DNA from: Phyllosticta citribraziliensis
Lineage: Eukaryota
Direction of reading: 5' to 3'
Length of the DNA stretch: 64,000 nt
NCBI RefSeq assembly: GCF_038025025.1
Contig: NW_027117348.1
Coordinates: 868,001-932,000 of the forward strand
Each line of letters opens with the position of its first letter. The first letter of the stretch is position 1. The notes beneath the pieces were generated by a model. It was not told the DNA's origin. It ran no database searches and saw nothing but the letters and a program-made list of their open reading frames with translations. Shown in pieces: positions 41,701 through 51,892 of the stretch. Position numbers and translations under genes: made by a program.

Positions 41701-44700
41701 ACTATAGGAAGAATAATAGTTTCCTTTATTTAATAGGATAGATAGTAAAGAATAATAGAGTTATAAGGGAGTTTCTTTATTTTATTCCTTTATTTAGAGA
41801 GGTATAGGGAATATATAAGTAATATAGAGGGCTAAATAGATTTTCTTAAATTAGTTATTTTAATCTAGGACTATTTAGGGCTTAGTACCTATAAACTTAA
41901 GAGCTACTATTTTAGTATATAGCTAATCTTTACTATACTATTAACCTACCCTTATAACTAGTATACCCTTTAACTTATACTATATATTATCCTTTATACT
42001 ATACCCCTAAAAAAGAAAAGTACCCCTAGTATATTAGTAAGTACTTTAGCTATTAAAGATACTACTACCTAATACTTTACCTACTTAACTAAGGCTAATA
42101 AACCTAACTTACTTAATATAGTTCCTTATTATATTATAAAGCTAAAGAAAGGTACTAAAGGTAATAGTATAGGCTTACCCCTAGCTATACTAATTAAACC
42201 TAAGGGTATTATATTAAAGGCTATAATTATATCTCTAGAAATACCTAGAAGTATATCCTTACTCCTATACCTATTAGAAATACTAATAATAACTAAGTAG
42301 GGTATACCTATAAGTAGCTTATCTACTATTACTAAGTAATCTTAATATACTTAAGATAATAATACTAAGGAAAGTAATAAGGAGGAGGTTATAATTATAG
42401 GATAAAGTAGTAAAGGTAAGACCCCTAATATAAAGAAGAATAATAGCTAGCCCCTAAACTATAATAGAAACTAGCTAAATAGTACTTTACTAATAGCTAT
42501 AACTACTCTTTTAAAGTATAAATAGCTTCTTATACTAATTAGAAAGACCCCTATTATACTAGATACTAATAAAGTAGAGGGTTTTATCCTAATATCTAGT
42601 AATAATAAGACCCCTATTATAACCTACTATAAGGGTAAGGGTAGAGCTACCTATAATATTAATAAATATAGTACTATAGATAATAATACCTTAATACTCT
42701 ATAGAGATAATAATAATAACCCTAGTAAAGATAAGGCTAGATTAACTATAGCTAGTAACTAGATATACTTAAAGGAGTCTTAGAAGCTAAAGCTATATAA
42801 TATTAATACCTTTAAACCCTCTAATTATAGAAAGGGTTACTTCCTCTAGGATACCTATAAATAGCTACTTTTTAAGTATATAGGGGCCTATTATTATATT
42901 ATCTATAATAATACCCTACTACTATAAGGAGTCTATTTATCTAGCTAACTTATTACTATACTATTAATAGTTATTTAGCTTTACTATACTAGTTATAATT
43001 TTAAGGACTATAATACTAAGAGCCTATATCCCTATTTCCTTATAGAAGGTAGTATAAATAGACTATACTACCCTATAGGTTTTAGTTTACTAATTATTAA
43101 TAAGTAGGGATAGGTATATTTTACCTATCTTACTAAGCTAGATAGATACTTATTCTATAGAGACTAGGGTTACTAATAGTTCCTAGGCTATAAGGAGGAA
43201 GGGGACCCTAATATTAACTCTACTATCCTATAGTATAGTATTATAGTTAACTTATATAAGTACTATAGTCTACTTCTAATCCTAGACTATATATTTAAGG
43301 TCCCTAAATTTATATTAGATTATATATACTTAATCTTCCTTATAGAATTATAATTCTACCTATTAATATTAGACCTAGCTAACTTTTACTAGTTCCTAAT
43401 ACTATAGCTCTAGAAGTTTATAAAGTATCTAGTAGAAAGGGATAAAGAGTATATTATTAGTAATAGGTACTATACCCCTTAGATAGATAATAGAAAGAAT
43501 TAATAGGCCCTAATAGTCTCTATAAAAGATAAGGACTTTATCTACTACCTATATACTTTATCTAATATTACCCTAGAGGATACTACTATAATTATAAGTA
43601 ACCCTAATTTTCTTAAGATATATAGTAAGGGTATACTAGAAGTATAATCTAACTACTCTATAGCTATCCTAGGTACCTATAGTAGCTAGATTAATTATAT
43701 CCCTAAAGAGATATTATAAGAAATATACTAGTATAATAAGTAGACTAATAATAAAGCTAATATATAAGCTACTACTACCCTTAAGAAGGAGGAAGCCTAC
43801 TATATAGCTAGTAGTAGCCCTACCTATATAGGTTAGGGTATAGTTACTATTAAAGTACCTAATAACTATTTTATTATTAGGTTTAATAATAATAAAGCTA
43901 TACTAACTAGGATCTATAATTACCTAATAATAAGAAACCCTAAAATTATAGGTATTAGAACCTATACCCTATAAATAGACTATAATATCCCTATACTATT
44001 AAGTATTATAGACCCTATTATAGTTACTTACTTAATCCTAGGTAGTCTCCTTATCTAAGGTTCTTAGAATAAGATAATTATTCTTATATTATAGTTTAAG
44101 CTTAGTATAGGTTACTATATTACCCTACTCCCTAACTATAACCCCCTTTAGTATAAGTATAAGTAGCTTATATATCTAAGGTATATACCCTTAATCTACT
44201 ACTACTACCTTACTAAGTCTAAAGCCTTTATTAAGGGTTTTAATATTAATATTAGTAATAGTATAGTAGTATAGGTAGTTTCTATAGTTATATATAGACT
44301 ACTACTCTAGACTTTCTAGGAGGACTATAATATTAATATTTAGTATATCTATATCCTACCTACTAATAATAATATTAACTCTAAGGTATAGAATAATCTA
44401 CTTACTAAGCTCCTTAATAATTAATAATAATATAATACTAATATTAATAGTACTACTAACTACCCTACTAGACTTATAGATCTAATAGCCCCTAATATTA
44501 GTATTACTAATATTCTATATTAGATACCTAATAATTAGCCCTAGGAAGTATTAGACTACTAGGGCTTAATAGGAAAACTAGAGTTTTATATATAGGAGGA
44601 TAACTAGACTTTATAATAAGGATATTACTAATATATAGCTACTATTTTATTATATATCTATATATCTTTACTTAGTACCTAGCGCATTTAGGGTAGTAGC

Positions 44701-44812
44701 CCTAGTATAGGTAGGGGCCCTAGCCTATATAGTTAGCCCCTAGCCCTAGCTAGGGTAGTTAGTCTAATTAATATATATTTAGCTTATATGCCTATCTATA
44801 GGACGAGTTATA
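32718..44812 (+). mobile_element. Element D: full-length (12095 bp) RIP'd Ty3/gypsy element with chromodomain and a long extra 3' region
   Basis: 165-bp LTRs 32718-32882 and 44648-44812 with TSD CTATA (32713-32717, 44813-44817). Protease CLDTG ~37213-37227, RT YIDDI..F ~38590-38613, RNase H ~39050-39560, integrase ~40000-40900, chromodomain YLVKWRGY ~41220-41380. Confidence 0.93.
42355..44190 (+). pseudogene. Extra RIP'd sense ORF (~600 codons, unknown function) between the chromodomain and the 3' LTR of element D
   Basis: One frame runs ~1.8 kb without a shift, with a charged N-terminus and only TAA/TAG interruptions. Confidence 0.55.
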
Positions 44813-45664
44813 CTATACTATATATAGTAGTTATCTAGTATGCTATTACTAGACTAGTACTTAGGATTAGTAAATTAGTACTAAACTTTATAGCCTAGTA
44901 TATTACCCCTATTATAAATTACCTATATAAGACCTAAGACCTACTCCTAGAGCTACTAAGTTATTAGTATAGTAATAGTAGGTAGTTTATTATTATTATT
45001 ACCCTAAGGGGTAATAGGTTAGCTAGATAATAGGCTAGTAGTTATAGACTACTAGCTGGCTATTAGTATTATTTAAGGAGTGGCTAATAGTACTATACTA
45101 TTAGTAGACTAGTTACTCTTAGCTATTATATAGGTTATTAACTATATAATATAATAAGATGTTATATCTCTATTACTAATAGGACTATCTTAGTCTAGAA
45201 TCTTACTTATATACCTTATCTAAGGCTATAGACTATAAAAATAATAATACCTAGTACTTCTAGTATATCTAAAACCGTAGTATTTTGACCTAATACCTTA
45301 TAGGACATGATTAAAGTAAGATAACTTATTAGTAAGGGATAGATAATAAGTCTTATCCTCTTATAAGTAGTAAGAGACCTATTAATAGTATTATAGCGCC
45401 TAGTAGAGTGAATTAATACTAACTACTAATAATTAATAGGTAAGGAGTAAGAGTAGTCGCTATATAGCCTATATAGAATAACTATCTACTCTCTAGCTAA
45501 CTAGAAACGGCTAGTATATATAGAAAAAAAAATAAATACTAAGTACTAGACACTATAAAATATAACCTGCGCGCGCCGCGTCGTGTAATAGTATATATAT
45601 AAGTAGTAAATACTAAGTGCTAAATACTATAAAATATAAACTATATATACTATAGCGCGTAATA

Positions 45665-46959
45665 ATATATCTTAAGGAATAATAATATATTATCCCCCCT
45701 AAACTATAGTCTTTACTTTAGTACTAGTATCTAGCTTATTAGGACTATCTAAATTAGGGAAGCTATTCTTATATAGTATTAGTTAGCTTCTATTAGTAAT
45801 AATAACTCTCTACTAGTCTAAGAGAGAGTTATTTCTATAGTATCTAGTATTAGCTAATTAGCTTAGCTTAGCTATATTATCTTATTACTATCTATTCCTA
45901 GTAGTAGGATAATTATAGGTAGTACTCCTAGTCTAGTAAATAGCCTAAGTAGTACCTAAGCTAGCCCTATACCTTATAAGGGTAGTTAGAAATTAATTAC
46001 TAATAGTAGGACTATTATTAATAGTCCTCTATATATAATTATAGGCCCCTATTATTAGCTACTTAGGGAGTAGCTACTACTATAAGACCCTATTCTTCTT
46101 CCTTATCTAACTAATATACCTCTTCTTCCTTATCTTTTTTAGCCTAGGCTACTAGAAGTACTTATAGTTCTTATAGTTAGTTTATTAAATTTATTATATA
46201 ATTATATCTAAATCTACCTTTATAACTCATTATATAAACTACTAACCTTAAAGTATAATAGAATAGTCCTAGAAACTTATTAGACCTTAATAATCTAATA
46301 TCTATAAAAGAATTATAGAAAAACTAGAGAATTAATTATCTAGGCTTATCTTCTATACTTTATAGGTAGAGATACCTAGAATAATATTATACTTAATAAA
46401 AATAGAACTAATAAAAATTAGATAGTATAGTATTATTATTCTATAAATTATATACTAACCTACTATAAAATTATAAGTATTAATCTTATAGCTTATATAG
46501 TATCTATAAAATAGTACTTAAGATAAATAAGTAAATAGTAATAAGTATAATAGTAATAACTAGCTTAGTAAATATATAATAATAGGCTAGGTAGGGGAGG
46601 GTAAAATTAATAGTACTTATTAATAATATCCTAGAGCCTTTTACTTACCTAATTTCTACTAATCTTATATATCTAATAATTAGGTAATAAGAAGCTCCTA
46701 ATCTATAGAAGCTATACTATAAAATATAGGTAGGACTAGCTACTTACTAATATACTTACTTAGTTAGCTAAAATACTAGCACTAGAAGAGGTATAAGAGA
46801 TAGTAACTAGTAGTAAATAAGTAGGCTCTAACTAAAATAAGCTACTATCTAGCCTTTATCTTATTATTTAAGTAGTATAAGATTTAGGTATAAATAATAA
46901 GTATAAATAAATAAATAACTAAGTATTTAATAGATAATAGTTTAACTAGGTATAAAAGA
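45665..46959 (-). mobile_element. Inverted fragment of the B-family 5' region
   Basis: Reverse complement of ~9458-10786 with small indels. Confidence 0.9.
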
Positions 46960-47202
46960 ATAAAATATAAAAGATACTTACTTTCTATCTATTTCCTAAT
47001 CTTTCCTTTATACCTACTTACTTCCTATCCCTTATATAAGGGTTAATAGTTAATAGTAGGTTAATACTAAGGTAAGATATTAATAGGTTATTATAATATA
47101 TTAGCCTAAGGCTATAGTAGTTAGTAGCTTATAACTATATAATACTAGGTTTATCTATACTAGTATTAGTACTTATATAGGCGCGCGACGCCTATTATAA
47201 TA
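46953..47202 (-). repeat. Truncated, diverged A-family LTR
   Basis: TAAAAGAATAAAATATAAAAGATACTTAC...GGCGCGCGACGCCTATTATAATA matches the right-hand part of 24419-24803. Confidence 0.88.
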
Positions 47203-47433
47203 TATACTATTTAATAGGGCTTAGCCTATAGTACTTATAAATAATATTAGGAGATAAATAATCTACTTATTATCTTTATACTTTAGTATCTAATCTTAGA
47301 TAAAGACCTTATTTTTATAATAACCTTCTACCTCTTCCTATATAATAGTATATATAGTTTAGGAGCTAAAAGTTAAAGTCTTAGCTATATTCTATACTCT
47401 TTTAAATAGTAGTAAGAAATTTAGAGATTAATA

Positions 47434-47621
47434 TATTATAGTACCTTATAGAGTAAGTCTCCTAGACTACTATTAATTAATAGGTAAGGAGTAAGAGTAG
47501 TTATTATATAGCCTATATAGAATAGCTATCTACTCCTAGGCTAACTAAATATAGCTAGTATATATAAAAGTAGTAAGTACTAAATACTAAATAGTATAAA
47601 ATATAAGTAGTATATATAATA
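47434..47621 (-). repeat. Diverged C-family LTR, probably solo
   Basis: Shares TTAATAGGTAAGGAGTAAGAGTAG...TATATAGCCTATATAGAATA with 27444-27642 and 45389-45590. No clear TSD. Confidence 0.8.
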
Positions 47622-49150
47622 GTATCATCTAGGCTATCCCTATAAATAGGCTAAATAGCTAAGACTACTTAGATATATAGATAATTTCCCTAAGTGCCTA
47701 ATTCTCTTATATAATCCTTAAATAGTTAAGTTAATACTTAGAGAGAAATTAGCCTCTAGGTAGATATTACTATATACTAGGGCCTAGTCCCCTTAATATA
47801 ATAAATATATATTATTATATAAGTATCTAAGGTAGGATTATAGCTAGTAGAGGTTATATTACCCCTAGGTTCCCTTAGATAGAATACTAAAGTAAGGAGG
47901 TATAGCCTTATTTTAGTATTAATATAGAGAAAGACTACTATTAAAGCCTATACTAAGAGGTATATCTCTATATCCTTCTAGTCTATTTACTAGTAGGTTA
48001 TAGGATATAAATCTTAATAGACTAGTAGTCTTAGATAGATAGAGAAAAGTCTTTTAAGTAAAAAGAGTAAATTTAATAAAGAGTAATTAAAGAGTTAAAG
48101 TAAAGAGTTATTACTAGAGAAGCTATCTAGAGGGACTTAAGGCCTTCTTATATACCTTTCTCTAGTACTAAGAGAACTAGTATCTATTATATAATAATAG
48201 ATAGAAGTCTCTAACTAAGTATATTCTTTCTAGTAAAATAAAATACTAGTAAGTTAGATAATACCTAACTATTACTTAGAATAACTAGAAAGAAGGTACC
48301 CTAATAATTAGTAGTTTCTTTAACTACTAATAAAGTATACTAGCCTAATTAATCTAGAGCCTAGTACCTAATAAAAAATAATAGAAAGGATCCTTCTTTC
48401 TATATAATTATATAGTAGTTATCTTTCTACCTATATAATTATATAGGAGCTATATCTAGTATAGAACTAACTCTTTAATAAAACTTAGTTTTAGCTAGAT
48501 ATTAAGGAAGTATATAAAGTTATTAGGAAAATTATTAATCCTAATAACTCTAAAAAGTTTAACTAGTAATAACTTAATAACTAATTAAGATATAGTAATT
48601 CTAAAAGATATTCTAGACTTCTACTATATAGAAGTATAGAACCTATATATAAGGTATTTAGTACCCTAGTCCCTATTAGGTAGGTAGGGAGGTCTTAGCT
48701 AGGTCTTTATATAGGGAGGACCTATAAATTAAGATAGATTAGAAGGTAATTAAGCCTAAGAAGTATTACTATATAATATCTTAGGGCCTATAGTATTTAT
48801 CTAGTAGTTCTAAAGTTTATCTATCTACTAGGTAATTTTCTATAGGGATATATTATTTAAGCCTTTCCTTCTCTTTTAAATATCTTACTAATAAGTTACT
48901 AGATTAGGATAGTACTATTTAAACTACCTAATTCTACTCTATAAGCTTATATATTAAGCTTATCTAAAAATTACCTAGAAGGTACTAAAACTGAATAAAC
49001 CTTATAGGATAAGGTTATTATAGTATAGTAGCGCGCGTATAATAGCTTTCTAAGAAGTATATAAGAATAAAAATTTACATATAGTATAGAGATACTTAGT
49101 TAGAATATAAGAGTGTAGTAAGTTATGTTATAAATATATCTTAGAATAGG
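47622..49150. repeat. RIP'd sequence of unassigned origin
   Basis: Same RIP composition as the rest of the block. I found no second copy in the window and no domain motif. Confidence 0.5.
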
Positions 49151-49231
49151 ATACTATAAGTGTGCTATATACAACTAGATTTTCTACTAACAAAACATCT
49201 ACATTGCGCCCGCTCTATACAGCGAGGTAGA

Positions 49232-51113
49232 TTACCAGTCCAAGGCTCTCCAGCCGAGCCCCGCGTCGAGATTAACCCACGCGCCCTGAACGATTGCCTG
49301 TTCCCAGCCCACCATGACGGCCAACAAGCGGCAAGCCATGGAACTCAAGGTGCAGAGCACGGCGTCGGAGTGGGCCAGGACGGAAATATCGAGAAGGTAG
49401 GCTCTGCCGACGAGCTCTCGCATGCGCATGCCCTGCTGAGCAGCCTGCGAGTCCGTTTTGCCCTTTTCCGCCGCTCCAGGCTTCGAGGGTAGGCCCAAGC
49501 TCCAGAAGACGTCGCGGAAAAAGCCGCCCTCCCAGCCTGAAATCTCGTCGATGTACCTGTTCGTCTTTTTGGCACCTGAAGCCTCGAGCGTCTTTTTGCT
49601 GGCCAGGACAATGCGGTCCTGGGCGCGTTCGGTGGTGGCCATCTCGGGGGAGCTGTAAATGTCTGGGTCATCGGATGCCAACACTGCCTGGGAGGACACG
49701 GCGCTGAAGAATTCGGCATCAGATGGCGTTCGGGGGGAATTAACGTTTCCGTCGGTCTCGTTTGCGGTTAGCTGATGCCCAGTGCGTTCAGCGAGCAATT
49801 CTCTTGCGGCCAGCATGAAACGGTCCAGGGGAATATAGTCCTTGGAATACTGAAACTCGAATGGATGGCGGTCGCCGCGCCGGACGTGCATTCCGACCGT
49901 TAATCCACCATTTTGGTGAACAGAATCTTGTAGAGAGCGGGTTCGCTCAGTGACGTAATCTGCATCGTCAGGGCGAAGGCGGAAAAGAGCCTCATAGCCT
50001 TGTCGAGCCAAGGCGAAAATGCGCAGCTGGCGCATGACACCGGTCTTTTTAAGGTCGCCGTATTCTTCGGCGAAGGCGTCGCCAAAGGTCCAGGGTATCG
50101 TTGCCGCAGAAACAATAAGGTGATTGGCGTTGTGAGGGCAGGGTAGGGCCTGGCTCGTCATCGGGGGTAGGCAGTCTGGGGCTGGTGGTGGCGCAAAGTA
50201 GTCCGTGTAGTTTCCGTAAGGCCTTCAGAAGTCAGTACCATGAGCAAATCGCGAACGAGCGCACATTCTCGACCTACCACCGAGTGTCATCGACGAAGAA
50301 GGCCCTTCCCTCCTTCTTAGCCAGACCGTAAGCAAGCCACAGCGCCATCAGCGAGCTTCCCATTCCGGCGTCGGACGTCTCCATGACGAAGGTGAGGCTT
50401 TTTTCGCACACGGTCATTTTTTGGCCCTTGTAGACATTGTTCGATTGCATCGCGGTGTCATCGAAGCCCACGGCAGATATCATGCCGACATTGGCATTGG
50501 CAGGTGGTAGCAGCCCCTCATCCAATGCCTGGTTCACGTCGACAAAATGCGGGTCTGCGTAATAGTACGCCCTCGACCGGCGCTTGCCCAGCACACGACC
50601 GTTTTCTCCAATGTTTTGAGAAATTTCGGAGGCTTGTTCGCAAAGCTCCTGGTACTGCGCGGGAGCCAAGGGGAATGCGTAGCTGGGAGGTATCGAGATG
50701 GTCCACCTGGCTCTGCCCCTATGGTCTAACACAGCGACTACCGATGGCTCATCCGGCAGCGAAAGACCACCAACCATTTCATACTGGTCCTTGTTGTCTT
50801 GAGCATACGGAGCGGACAGCCTGTGGAAATTGGTGTACCATTGGCGGGCGGCTAGCCAGCCCAAGACTGTGACGCCACAGAAGACGACCAGAATCTTTTT
50901 AAGCAACCGCGGATAAGGGGTCGACGAGCGCCTCTCATGGCGCAGTATCGAAGGAGGTAAGCCAGGTGACGCGGGCAGCGAGCGGTCGGAGAGAAAATGG
51001 TCTTTGGCGGCGGCGGCAGAGCGAGGTGTGCGCGGAGTGAGCAGAGTCGGCGGAGGGAGAGCCGAAGTCGAGGGCGAGCTTATAGAGAGGTGGTTGTTGC
51101 GTCTGGCGTGCAT
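49232..51113 (-). CDS. Type II membrane glycosyltransferase-like protein, FUT8/NodZ (GT23)-like fucosyltransferase fold; join(51113-50278,50222-49232), 608 aa
   Basis: 55-nt intron GTAGGT...TACTGAC...AAG joins the two ORFs in frame (TRW|PYGNY). N-terminal TM segment KKILVVFCGVTVLGWLAAR. Motifs VGMHVRRGD, VLASDDP and DISVLAHSDAVLCTLSSMACRL parallel FUT8 motifs I-III. The gene model is firm; the function is inferred. Confidence 0.8.
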
Positions 51114-51892
51114 GGTGGACAGCGAGTCGGCATGACTCCAGCGCGCAAGGTGAGAGGTCGAGGAGTCGCGGCGGGCGGAGAGAGGGCAACATGAAAGTTG
51201 CGCTAGGGGCGCATTGGGAAATGGAGGACGAGGACGAGGACCAGGACGGGCTGGGGGTCAGCGGGAAGGAGCTGGAGGGACGGAGAGGGTTTAGAGGCGG
51301 AGTCGTAGAGGCATGATGCGAGGTTGCGTTGTCTGTGTGTGAGAGAGAGAGGAGAGGACGATGGGAGGGAGGAATGCAATGCAACGTGACGGAGGACAAG
51401 GCAAGGAAGAAAAACAGTGGAGGCCAGCGGAGCACAGGCAGGACAGGCAGGACAGAAAACAGCACACCTGCAGCGAACAGAACCACGACCCCAAGGCGCT
51501 AAAAACAAGTCGACGACCTACGCAAGCGACGGACGGACGAGGACAGGACCTGCACCTCGACTCCGCCCGATGCGGCAAGACGCTGGGGCCAGTCGCTTCG
51601 GCGCAATGTGAAACAAGTCAAGCCCATCTGTGACGCTGCCCTGCCTCAGCTGAAAGAGATCCAACTCGCCGTGCCAATCCATCCATTATTATTCGTATCT
51701 TCCTGTCTCTTCCTGGTCGCGTCGCGTCTGTCTTGTCTTGGTTGTAAGGCAGTTAAGTTGGTTGGCTTGAGAACCGGGTATCAGTAGCACGCAAGACTCC
51801 AGCAATCCATCATCCCGACCATCTCATCTACATGGAGATACACACTCCCGTCCCCATCCTGCAAACACACGATGCGTCAAACACAACACACT

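Larger units (their letters stand above)
27444..45664 (-). mobile_element. Element C: RIP'd Ty3/gypsy chromovirus, interrupted by element D, with a compound 5' LTR end
   Basis: 3' LTR 27444-27642, then PPT complement CTACCTCCCCCCCTCC. Minus strand: chromodomain ~27710-27860, RNase H ELLAII...TDH...RQARW...ADAL ~29340-29620, RT YLDDILIYS ~30130, zinc knuckle CQYCGSPGHWIKDC 32111-32070. LTR 45389-45590 plus a half LTR 45591-45664. No matching TSD. Confidence 0.88.
1..49200. other. AT-rich, RIP-saturated, repeat-only block (AT isochore / heterochromatin-like)
   Basis: CA/TG and CG dinucleotides nearly absent, TA in large excess, surviving Cs mostly in CC/CT. No ORF in the supplied track before 49160. 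Sharp switch to GC-rich coding DNA at ~49190-49230. Confidence 0.97.

Noticed and set aside
1..49150. Intact effector or host genes, telomere repeats or CRISPR-like arrays in the AT block
   Set aside because: No GC-balanced island long enough for a gene, no TTAGGG tandem array, no repeat-spacer structure.
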